Shown here piece by piece: positions 45,158-53,830 of a stretch of 64,000 nt of DNA; positions within the stretch are counted from its first letter, which is position 1, and each line of letters opens with the position of its first letter. The position numbers and the translations under genes were made by a program. Origin of the DNA: Polyangiaceae bacterium (GTDB lineage Bacteria > Myxococcota_A > Polyangia > Polyangiales > Polyangiaceae); assembly GCA_035063585.1 (NCBI GenBank), contig JAPSGB010000001.1, forward strand, positions 32,001 to 96,000, given 5' to 3'. Under the pieces are notes generated by a model. It had not been told where the DNA came from. It did not search any database and saw only the letters and a program-made list of their open reading frames with translations.

Positions 45158-46699
45158 GTGCGTTCGGCGCGATTTCTGCCCGTGATGATGGCGCTCGCGG
45201 CGCTCACCACGCCGGCCCGCGCAGACGCGCCGGTGGAGCACGAATTCATCCCGCCGGATGCCGACGAGGATCTCGCCCTCCAAGCCACGACCCCGCGCGG
45301 CAACCTGCCGGCGGCGCTCGAGACACCGAGCGGGGTCGTGCGCGCGCCCGACACGGCTGCGAGCCCGCCGCCCTCGGAGGCGACCTACGGCGGCGACTCC
45401 ACACCGATGAGCGCGGACGCCGTCTATCGTATCGATCGCAACACGACCCGCCCGGACCTGGTGGGCTATAGCGATCCGTTTCGCCCGACGGTGACACCCT
45501 TCAAGCGGCTCTACGCCTTCGACACGGTGGACGGCAGTCTCGAGCTCGTGGTGGGTGACCGGTCACTCTCGCCGATCGCGGTCGGCGGCGAGGTGCTGCC
45601 CGGCGACGACCAGTTCTACGCCGACATGACCGTGGATCTCGCGCGCGACGTGCCGGTGCGGATCCCGTCGGTCGGGCCGGGCGCGCGCGCGCTGGCGGCC
45701 GAGAGCAGCCCCGAGCTCCCGTTTCAGCTCTTCCGCGACGGCGCCGACAACTGGTTCATTCGTGCCAGCGCGCGCGAGCGGATAAGGCTCACGATGCAGC
45801 TTGCCATCCCGCGCGCGGTGTTCGGCAGCCCGTTCGCGGACGTCTCCTGGCCGATGCTCACCCGATTCACCAAGCCCGTGCCCGAGCCGCTCCGCGCGCC
45901 GACCGCGAAGGTGTTGGGGGCCATCGGCGTCGATCGCGAGATGAGTCCGCGCCAGGCGCTCACCACGCTGGTCGGCTACTTTCGAGGCTTCAAGCCGTCG
46001 GACGAGCTGCCGAGCTCGAGCGGCGCCGCGCTCTACGAAGAGCTCGCGCTCTTGCAGAAGGGGGTCTGCCGGCACCGCGCCTACGCCTTCACCATCACCG
46101 CGCAGGCGCTCGGTCTGCCGGCGCGGCTCATCCGCAACGAGGCGCATGCGTGGGTCGAGGTCTACGACAGCCGCCTGTGGCATCGCATCGACCTCGGTGG
46201 CGCCGCCGGACGTCTCGACACCGAGCAGCCGCCCGACACGCCGCTCCACGCGCCGCCCGCCGATCCCTTCGCCTGGCCGAAGGGAAGCGAGAGCGGCTCG
46301 GAGATGGTCGGGCGCTCCGGGCTCGGCGAACCGGGAGCGCCGCCGGGCGCGAGCGCCGCGATGACGACCCCGCCGCCCCCTCCCGCCGAGACGAGCGACC
46401 CGAGGCCCGCGGCGGAGCTCACGGTCGACTCGCGCGCGCGCGACGTGATGCGCGGCGAGCCGCTCGAGCTCCGGGGGCGCGTCGCGGCCGGCGGCGAGCC
46501 CTGCGCGCGCGCGCGAGTCGACGTCACGCTCCGCGCCGCGAGCGGCGGGGACATCCCGATCGGCTCGCTCGCCGCCGACGCCGACGGGCGCTTCTCGGGC
46601 AGCGTCGTGGTTCCGCTGGCGCAGCTCGCGGTAGGCGACTACGAGCTGACGGTCTCGACGCCCGGCGACGCTCGCTGCGGCCCGGGGAGCGCAAAATGA
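45158..46699 (+). CDS. Secreted transglutaminase-like protein
   Basis: Signal peptide ARA-D; triad GVCRH, AHAWVEV, RIDLGG; C-terminal Ig-like domain. Confidence 0.85.
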   Translation: MRSARFLPVMMALAALTTPARADAPVEHEFIPPDADEDLALQATTPRGNLPAALETPSGVVRAPDTAASPPPSEATYGGDSTPMSADAVYRIDRNTTRPDLVGYSDPFRPTVTPFKRLYAFDTVDGSLELVVGDRSLSPIAVGGEVLPGDDQFYADMTVDLARDVPVRIPSVGPGARALAAESSPELPFQLFRDGADNWFIRASARERIRLTMQLAIPRAVFGSPFADVSWPMLTRFTKPVPEPLRAPTAKVLGAIGVDREMSPRQALTTLVGYFRGFKPSDELPSSSGAALYEELALLQKGVCRHRAYAFTITAQALGLPARLIRNEAHAWVEVYDSRLWHRIDLGGAAGRLDTEQPPDTPLHAPPADPFAWPKGSESGSEMVGRSGLGEPGAPPGASAAMTTPPPPPAETSDPRPAAELTVDSRARDVMRGEPLELRGRVAAGGEPCARARVDVTLRAASGGDIPIGSLAADADGRFSGSVVVPLAQLAVGDYELTVSTPGDARCGPGSAK

Positions 46700-47907
46700 G
46701 CGAGATCGTCGTCCCCTTCATCTACGAGCTCCGGAAAAAGCGCCTCAAGGTCGGCGCGCAAGAGGCGGTGCAGCTCTCACGCGCCCTCGAGCTCGGGCTC
46801 CACGAGAGCACGCTCGACGGCTTCTACTACCTGGCGCGCGCGCTCTTCGTGCATTCCGAGGCCGACCTCGACAAGTTCGACGAGGCCTTCCTCGCGCACT
46901 TCAAGGGCATCGTCACCGAGACCGCCCAGCTCCTCGACGAGCTCGAGGAGTGGCTGAAAGATCCGAAGACGCTCGAGAACCTCTCGCCCGAGGCGCTCGC
47001 GGCGATAAAGGAGCTCTCCCCGGAGGAGCTCCGCAAGCTCTTCGAAGAGCGGCTCCGCGAGCAGAAGGAGCGCCATGACGGCGGCAGCAAGTGGATCGGC
47101 ACCGGCGGCACCAGCCCGTTCGGCACCGGCGGGCAGAACCCGCACGGGATGAGCGTGCGCGCCGGCCCGAGCCAGGGGCCCGGCGGCCGCGGCGTGATGG
47201 GCATGGCCGACGCGCGGAAGTACCGACCGTACCGCTCCGATCTGGTGCTCGACGTCCGTCAGGTCGAGGTCGCGCTGCGAAAGCTCCGCAGCTTCTCCCG
47301 CGATGGCACCCAGGAGGAGCTCGACATCGAGGCCACCGTCGACGCGACCGCGAAGAACGCCGGCGAGCTCGAGATCGTCACGCGCCCGCCGCGGCGCTCG
47401 AGCGCGCGCGTGCTCTTGCTCATGGACGTGGGCGGCTCGATGGATCCGTTCGCGCAGACCTGCTCGCAGCTCTTCTCGGCCGCGAGGCGCGCCTCGAACT
47501 TCCGCGAGGTCCGCACTCACTATTTCCACAATACGGTCTACGGGCGGCTCTACTCCACCGATTCCCTGATGGAACCCGTCGACGTCCCGCTCCTCTGCGA
47601 TCAGCTGAACGAGCGCTGGAAGCTCATCATGGTGGGCGACGCGGCGATGGCCCCGGGCGAGCTCCTCGGCACCGGGCCGTGGGGCGCGCCGCCCGGGCTC
47701 GCGCCGCTCTCCGGGCTCGACTGGCTCGGGTTCCTCGCCTCCCGCTTCGAGCGCAGCGTGTGGCTGAACCCCGACCCGCCGCAGTACTGGGGCGGCGGCA
47801 CCGCCAAGGCGATCGGCGAAATCTTCCCCATGTATCACCTGACCGTCGACGGCCTCACCGAGGCGATGGCGCACCTCTCGAAGGGCCGCGCGGCGCGGCG
47901 CGCGTGA
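46696..47907 (+). CDS. VWA domain CoxE-like protein
   Basis: HDGGSKWIGTGGTSPFG, ELDIEATVD, MDVGGSMDP, YFHN, VGDA.M.P.EL and WLNP. Confidence 0.88.
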   Translation: MSEIVVPFIYELRKKRLKVGAQEAVQLSRALELGLHESTLDGFYYLARALFVHSEADLDKFDEAFLAHFKGIVTETAQLLDELEEWLKDPKTLENLSPEALAAIKELSPEELRKLFEERLREQKERHDGGSKWIGTGGTSPFGTGGQNPHGMSVRAGPSQGPGGRGVMGMADARKYRPYRSDLVLDVRQVEVALRKLRSFSRDGTQEELDIEATVDATAKNAGELEIVTRPPRRSSARVLLLMDVGGSMDPFAQTCSQLFSAARRASNFREVRTHYFHNTVYGRLYSTDSLMEPVDVPLLCDQLNERWKLIMVGDAAMAPGELLGTGPWGAPPGLAPLSGLDWLGFLASRFERSVWLNPDPPQYWGGGTAKAIGEIFPMYHLTVDGLTEAMAHLSKGRAARRA

Positions 47908-47928
47908 CCGCGCGGGTAGGCTGACCGG

Positions 47929-47958
47929 GGTCTGGTCGGTCCGGCGCGGAACCGCGCG
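47929..47958 (+). repeat. Dispersed motif copy 9 (GGTCTGGTCGGTCCGGCGCGGAACCGCGCG), intergenic
   Basis: Exact core at 47938-47951; about 30-bp near identity with 4361-4390. Confidence 0.88.
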
Positions 47959-48007
47959 CGGCGGGCAACGCGCGGCGAGACGCCGGAACGATGTATGCTC
48001 CGGAGCG

Positions 48008-49429
48008 ATGACTCGGCGCGCCTCCGGCAGGCACTGGTTCGGATGGAGCCTCGCCGCTCTCGCCGCCGTCGGGGGCGGCTGCGGAACCTCGAACGAGGCG
48101 CGCGCCGGCGCGGCAGGCGCGGCGGGCCGTGACGCGGCAGGTGCGGCAGGCGCGGCAGGCGCGGCGGCCGCGGCGGGCCGCGACGCCGCGGCGCCGGACG
48201 GCGACGCTGGGCGCGGGGGCGGCGACGCGTCGTTCGGCGGCGCGGCGGGCCGCGACGCGGCTGCGCCGGACGGCGACGCCGACGCCCGAGTTCCCGAGGG
48301 GACACCGGTCGGAGATTTCGGCGCCGTCGGCGACGGCGTCACCGACGACACCGCCGCGCTCGCGAGCGCCCTCGCGAGCGGCGACGATCTCGTCTTCGCG
48401 CCGGGCCATCGCTACCTGGTGCGCGGGCCGCTCCGCATCGACGCCGACGGCGAGCAGCGCCTCTCCGGCGAGGGCGCGACCATCGTGACCGACGGCGTCA
48501 TCGATCGGCTCTTCGTGGTCGACAAACCGAGCGGCACGCTCCGCTGCCGCGACCTCGACGTCGACGGCGAGCGCCGAATCGGCGGCGCGTGGCTCCTGAA
48601 GAGCGCCTTCGACTTCGACGGGTGCGACGTTCGAGCCCTCTACAGCGAGAGCTCGAACGCCATCGCTTATCAGCTCGACGTCGCCCGGCCGATGGGCGAC
48701 GCGACCATCTCGAACGCGGTGTGTGACTCGATCGAGAGCAAGGCGAACGGTGTGATCGGGGACGGCCCGGGCGCGGCGCGCTGCGTGTACGTCCGCTGGC
48801 AGACGACCGCGCCGGTCACGGTGAGGCTCACCGGCTCGACCATGGGGAACGTGTGGGGCGACGACGGCGACGTCATCCACATCGCTCAGGAAAATGACGT
48901 CTACGACGCCCCGACCCGCGTCATCGTGAAAGATAGCGAGCTATTTTACGGCAGCCGCCGCGTCGTGAAGAACTTCTCGAGCAACACCTACTGGGAGAAC
49001 GTCACCTTCCGCTCGGTGGAGCCGGGCCACCCCAAGCTCGGCGGCGCGGTGAGCGCCGGCATGGTCGTCACCAGCGTGCACAGCGGAGACAACGTGAGCA
49101 ATCGCCACGTCTATCGAGGGTGCACCTTCATCGGCTCGGCGCGCGAGCGCCGCGCGATCATCAGCGCGGTCGACGACGTCGTGTTCGACGCGTGCAAATT
49201 CGTCGGAGCCACCTTCGCGATCTATAGGAGCGGCGGCGGCGTCTGCTTCGAGAACAACCAGGTCGACTCGTCCTTCGAGATGTACGACTACACGACCGAG
49301 CCGCCGCTCTTCCTCGGCCCGATCGTGGAGGTGAACACCACGCCCGCCGGCGACTACGTGAACTTCTCGGCGACGCCGCCCGCGCCGAGCGGCAGCTTCG
49401 AGTGCCCGAGGGTCGTCGCGGAGCCGTGA
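48008..49429 (+). CDS. Lipoprotein with right-handed beta-helix (pectate lyase 3/GH28-like) domain
   Basis: GGGC lipobox-like; Ala/Gly/Asp linker; DFGAVGDGVTDDTAAL...F.PG.RYLV cap motif. Confidence 0.8.
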   Translation: MTRRASGRHWFGWSLAALAAVGGGCGTSNEARAGAAGAAGRDAAGAAGAAGAAAAAGRDAAAPDGDAGRGGGDASFGGAAGRDAAAPDGDADARVPEGTPVGDFGAVGDGVTDDTAALASALASGDDLVFAPGHRYLVRGPLRIDADGEQRLSGEGATIVTDGVIDRLFVVDKPSGTLRCRDLDVDGERRIGGAWLLKSAFDFDGCDVRALYSESSNAIAYQLDVARPMGDATISNAVCDSIESKANGVIGDGPGAARCVYVRWQTTAPVTVRLTGSTMGNVWGDDGDVIHIAQENDVYDAPTRVIVKDSELFYGSRRVVKNFSSNTYWENVTFRSVEPGHPKLGGAVSAGMVVTSVHSGDNVSNRHVYRGCTFIGSARERRAIISAVDDVVFDACKFVGATFAIYRSGGGVCFENNQVDSSFEMYDYTTEPPLFLGPIVEVNTTPAGDYVNFSATPPAPSGSFECPRVVAEP

Positions 49430-51405
49430 CGCGGAGCGCCGGGGCGCCGCGGGCCGCGCGACGACCGAGCCCATCGTTCGAGACGCGCTCGGCCGCGCGC
49501 CGGGCCAGCAAGCTCTGCTTCTGCCTCTTGGTGTTTGGCTTGTGCTGGCTCGGCGCGGGAGCGGCGCGAGCCGCCGACGCATGCGAGGAAGCGTTCGCGA
49601 GCTGGGCCGCGCGCTGCGAGAAGCAGACCGGGCTCGAGGTTCGCGCGCGCCATTGTCCGCCCGGCGGTGTAGTGCTGGCGGTCTCGCGGCGAGGCGAGGC
49701 GCTCCTCGACGTCGAGGTCGCGAGCGGCGACACGCGAGGGTTTCGGCGCGTGAGTGGGCTGTCGCTCTCGCCGGTCGGTGAGCTCGGTGATTGGAAGAGC
49801 GTCGCCGAGCCGACGCGCGCCGCCTTCGACGCGCTCGCGGGCTGCGTCGCGGCGGATCCGGCGCTGCCGGACGTGCGTCGTGCGCCGAGCGCCGCCGAGC
49901 CGAGCGCAGCGCCCACCGCGATCGCGAAGGCGACGCTGCCGTGGCGAGGGCTCGCGGGGCTCGCGATCACCTGCGCGCTCGGCGTCTCCGCGCTCCGACG
50001 GCGGGCGCGGGTCGGGCTCGCGCTCGCGCTGGTCGCCGCGGCGAGCTTCACGCTCCGTTGGCTGGCGCTGCCCCACGCCTTCTTCCATCAGAACGGCCAG
50101 GGCCCGGACTGGATCGCGGTCGCACGCGGCGGCGGGGCGCTCTCGAGGTACGGACCCGGCTACGCGGAGGTGTTCTCGCTCATGGCGCGCGCCGGGAACA
50201 CGCCGGAGGGGGGCGTGTTCCTCGAGCAGGCGCTGCTGGCGTCGCTAGCGCCGATCGGCGCCTTCGCCATCCTGCGCGCGGCCGGCGCGAGAGCGGTCGT
50301 CGCGTGGCCCATCACGGTCGCGCTCGCGGCCGAGCCCCTCTTGGCGCGACTCGGCGTGAGCGAGTCGTACTTCGCGACGGGGTTCAGCCTGTCGATGCTC
50401 GCCGGCGCGACGCTGGCGATGGGCGCGGCGCGCGCCACGCTCCGCGCTCGCCGATTCTGGCTGTCCGCGCTCGGCGCCGGGCTGCTGGTGGCGCAGGTCG
50501 CCCGAGTGCACCCGCTCACCTGGCTCGCGGCGGCCTGCCTTCCACTGATCGTGGTCGTGGGCCCCGGCCGGCTCCGGACCCGCCTGACGCTGGCGCTCGG
50601 GAGCGCGCTCGCGCTCGGCGCGGTCACGGCCGCCCTCTCGGGCAGCGCGCTCGGCAGCGTGCTCACGGGCTCGCTCGGGACCGAGTGGCTCCCGGCCGCT
50701 GCCGGCCGGCTCCGACGGAGCTGGGCCCTGGCGCCGCTCGCGCTGGCGCTGCTCGCCTCGCTCAACTTCCTTCGCGGGCGCACGCGACGGTTCGTCGTCG
50801 TGGCGGCGACCGCCGCGCTGGTCGGAGCGGCGCTTCGCGCCGGCGACGTGCTCGGCTCGCCGAACCCGGCGGTCGCCGGCGCGTACGTGCGGCTGTTCCT
50901 CCCCGCGATGCTCGCGGCGGTCGCCGCGCTCTCTCGGTTCATTCGCGGGCGACACGTGCGCCACGGACTCGCGCTCGGCGTCGCGGTGGCCGCGGTGTTC
51001 TGGTCGGTCTCCCGCTGGCGCCCGCTCACGGAGCTTCCCACCGATGCGCTCGAGCAAGGCTTCGCGATGGGGTGGCGGGAAACCTTGCCCCGCAACGCCA
51101 CGGTCGTCTATCTCTCCCGCGCGAACCGGCGCTCGCTGGTCTTGCCGCTCTACGCGCGCGGCATGCCGCTCTCGAGCTCGAACCGGCCGCCCGCGCTCTC
51201 TGCGCTCCCCGGCGCGGTCTTCTACTATCGCTCGAGCCTCTGCGACAGCGCTGAAGGCCGCTCGTTTTGCGCCGCGCTCGAAGCGAGCGTCCGTCTCGGG
51301 CCACGCGTCGAGCGCGCCCTCCCGGCGCGCGCGAGCATGCGCTGGGACAGCTACCTCGAGACTCCGGTGCGGGTGGCGCTCTTCCGCGTCATACGCGAGC
51401 CGTGA
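49426..51405 (+). CDS. Multi-TM GT-C-like membrane protein
   Basis: GTGA overlap; FFHQNGQG / YGPGY loop; many TMs; C-terminal FYYRSSLC...C domain. Confidence 0.65.
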   Translation: MTRSAGAPRAARRPSPSFETRSAARRASKLCFCLLVFGLCWLGAGAARAADACEEAFASWAARCEKQTGLEVRARHCPPGGVVLAVSRRGEALLDVEVASGDTRGFRRVSGLSLSPVGELGDWKSVAEPTRAAFDALAGCVAADPALPDVRRAPSAAEPSAAPTAIAKATLPWRGLAGLAITCALGVSALRRRARVGLALALVAAASFTLRWLALPHAFFHQNGQGPDWIAVARGGGALSRYGPGYAEVFSLMARAGNTPEGGVFLEQALLASLAPIGAFAILRAAGARAVVAWPITVALAAEPLLARLGVSESYFATGFSLSMLAGATLAMGAARATLRARRFWLSALGAGLLVAQVARVHPLTWLAAACLPLIVVVGPGRLRTRLTLALGSALALGAVTAALSGSALGSVLTGSLGTEWLPAAAGRLRRSWALAPLALALLASLNFLRGRTRRFVVVAATAALVGAALRAGDVLGSPNPAVAGAYVRLFLPAMLAAVAALSRFIRGRHVRHGLALGVAVAAVFWSVSRWRPLTELPTDALEQGFAMGWRETLPRNATVVYLSRANRRSLVLPLYARGMPLSSSNRPPALSALPGAVFYYRSSLCDSAEGRSFCAALEASVRLGPRVERALPARASMRWDSYLETPVRVALFRVIREP

Positions 51406-51569
51406 CGCGCGGCGCTCGGATCGGGCGCGCGAGCCGAACCAGCGAGCCCGTCCCGGAAGACCTCGCTGGCGGGACCGGCGCGGCGCGTCCCTGATTGACG
51501 GCTCGAAGCCGCGCGTGTCATCCTCCAGATCTCCGCTGGCGGTGAGTCGAGCGTGAAATTGGCGGGAAA

Positions 51570-52949
51570 ATGGCGCGCGTGCTGCTTCTGAATCCGCCCG
51601 CGCCCGGGCGCCCGGTGCTGCGCGATTTCGCCTGCGGCGAGACGACCAAGGCCGACTACTACTGGGCGCCCATCGATTTGCTGGTGCTGTCGGGCGTGCT
51701 CGCGAGAGATCACGACCTCGCCGTGCTCGACGCCGTGGCGTCCGAGCTCGACCCGGAGCGAACGCTCGAGCGCGCTCGGCGATTTCGCCCCGACGCAGTG
51801 TTCTCGCTCACCGCCGCGGTGTCGCTCGCCGCGGACGACGCGTTCCTCGCGCAGCTCAAGCAGGAGACGGGCGCGCGCGTGTACGGGCTCGGCGACGTCG
51901 CCTCGTTCGCCGCGAGGGACGCCCTCCGACGGACGTCGTCGTTCGACGCGCTCCTCTCCACGTTCACGGACCCGGCGCTCACCCGCCTCGCGGACGGTGA
52001 CGACACAGGCCTCGGCGGCGCGTGCTTGCGTCGCGGCGTGAACGTCGAGACCCGAGCGCCCGCGCTCGGGGGGGAGATGCGCTATCCGCTTCCGCGCCAC
52101 GAGCTCTTCCCGCTCGAGCGTTACCGTCTGCCCTTCACGCGCTGGGAGCGGTGCACGAGCCTCCTCACGCTGAACGGCTGCCCGTTCCAGTGCACCTTCT
52201 GCGCGTCGAGGAACCTGCCGTACCAGCTCCGCCCGCTCGAGGACGTGGCGAGGGAGCTCGAGTATGTCCGGCTGCTCGGCGTGCGTGAGCTCTACGTCCG
52301 CGATTTCACCTTCGGGCCGACGCGCAGCCGAGCGCGCGAGCTCAGTCGCGTGCTCCGCGAGGCCGGCAGCGGGCTGCGCTGGTCGGCCGAGTGCCGCATC
52401 GACGTCCTCGACGAGCAGACGCTCGATCTCATGCGCGAGGCAGGCTGCGAGGTCATCCTGGTCGGCATCGAGACGGGTGACGAAGCGGTCGCGCGCCGGC
52501 TCGGCAAGAGCGTGCGCGCGGAGCGAACCCACCGCGTCCTCCAGCACGCGCGCGAGCTCGGCATTCGGAGCTGCGGGCACTTCGTGCTCGGCAGCCCGGA
52601 GGAGACCCGCGATGAGCTCACGCGCACGATCCGCCACGCGCGGGCGCTGCCCCTCGATTACGCGGCCTTCAACCTGTACGCTCCCCGTCTCGGGACCACC
52701 ATGCGCTCGGACCTCATCACGCTCGGCCGCGTCGTCGCTGAGGATTTCGGCGATCACGACGTATCGGGCCGCGCCAGCGCCTACGCGAACATGTCTCCCG
52801 CCGAGCTCCTGCGTTGGTTTCGCTGGGGCGTGCTCTCCTTCTACCTCCGGCCGTCGCAGATGCTCCGGCTCACCCGCACCACCCCATGGCCGACGCTCGC
52901 GCGTCAAGGAACGGGCGTGCTCCGGGGGCTCTTCGAGGCGCGCGCTTGA
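51570..52949 (+). CDS. B12-binding-domain radical SAM protein
   Basis: VLLLNPP N-terminus, GCPFQCTFC (CX3CX2C), DFTF, GIETG and G.FVLG.PEET. Confidence 0.9.
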   Translation: MARVLLLNPPAPGRPVLRDFACGETTKADYYWAPIDLLVLSGVLARDHDLAVLDAVASELDPERTLERARRFRPDAVFSLTAAVSLAADDAFLAQLKQETGARVYGLGDVASFAARDALRRTSSFDALLSTFTDPALTRLADGDDTGLGGACLRRGVNVETRAPALGGEMRYPLPRHELFPLERYRLPFTRWERCTSLLTLNGCPFQCTFCASRNLPYQLRPLEDVARELEYVRLLGVRELYVRDFTFGPTRSRARELSRVLREAGSGLRWSAECRIDVLDEQTLDLMREAGCEVILVGIETGDEAVARRLGKSVRAERTHRVLQHARELGIRSCGHFVLGSPEETRDELTRTIRHARALPLDYAAFNLYAPRLGTTMRSDLITLGRVVAEDFGDHDVSGRASAYANMSPAELLRWFRWGVLSFYLRPSQMLRLTRTTPWPTLARQGTGVLRGLFEARA

Positions 52950-53830
52950 CCCCGGTCGCGGAGCTCGCCGCGGACGAGGGCGTCAGCGTCATCATCCCGG
53001 CGCTCGACGAGGAGCGAGGGCTCGCCGCGACGCTGGCGGCGCTCACCGAGATCACCGGGCGGCTCGGCCGACCGTGCGAGCTCATCGTGGTCGACGACGG
53101 CTCGCGTGACGGTACCGGGGAGGTGGCCGCGGCGGCGGGCGCGCGCGTCGTGCGCCACCCGGCCAATGGCGGCTATGGACGCTCGCTGAAGAGCGGGCTC
53201 GCCGCGGCACGCCACGAGCTCATCGCGATCACCGACGCCGACGGCACCTATCCGCTCGAGGAGCTCCCCAGGCTCGTGGAGCTCGCAGAGCGCTTCGACA
53301 TGGTGGTCGGGGCTCGCACGGGGCCGCGCTATCGACGGAGCGTGCTGTCGTCGCCGTTCCGGACCGCGTTCCTCGTGCTCGCGAGCTTCGTTACCGGGAC
53401 GTTCATCCCGGATCCGAACTCCGGCTTCCGCGTGTTCCGGCGCTCCCTGGTGCTCCCCATCATCGATCGGCTGCCGAACGGGTTCTCGTTCACCACGACC
53501 ACGACCGTGGTCATGATGCTCGACGGGCGCTTCGTCCACTTTCACCCGGTAGCGTACGGGCACCGAATCGGACGCTCGAAGGTGCGGTTGGTGCGCGACG
53601 CGCTCCGCGCCGGGCAAGGGCTCATCGAGGTCATCCTCCAGTACAACCCGCTCAAGCTCTTCATGGTGGTCGCGCTAGCGCCGCTCGGGGTCGGGCTCGC
53701 CTGCGCGCTCTCGCCGCTCGGGCTCTCGGGGCGGGTCCTCGGGGGAGCGCTCGGGGTCCTCCTCGCCATCCTGATCCTCGCGCTCGGGATGCTCGCGGTC
53801 GTGATCTCGCCCCCGCGCCGGCCGCGATGA
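52946..53830 (+). CDS. GT2 family polyprenyl-phosphate glycosyltransferase (DPM-synthase-like)
   Basis: SVIIPALDE, VVDDGSRDGT, N.GYG, TDADGTY, DPNSGFR and two C-terminal TMs; TTGA overlap. Confidence 0.9.
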   Translation: MTPVAELAADEGVSVIIPALDEERGLAATLAALTEITGRLGRPCELIVVDDGSRDGTGEVAAAAGARVVRHPANGGYGRSLKSGLAAARHELIAITDADGTYPLEELPRLVELAERFDMVVGARTGPRYRRSVLSSPFRTAFLVLASFVTGTFIPDPNSGFRVFRRSLVLPIIDRLPNGFSFTTTTTVVMMLDGRFVHFHPVAYGHRIGRSKVRLVRDALRAGQGLIEVILQYNPLKLFMVVALAPLGVGLACALSPLGLSGRVLGGALGVLLAILILALGMLAVVISPPRRPR

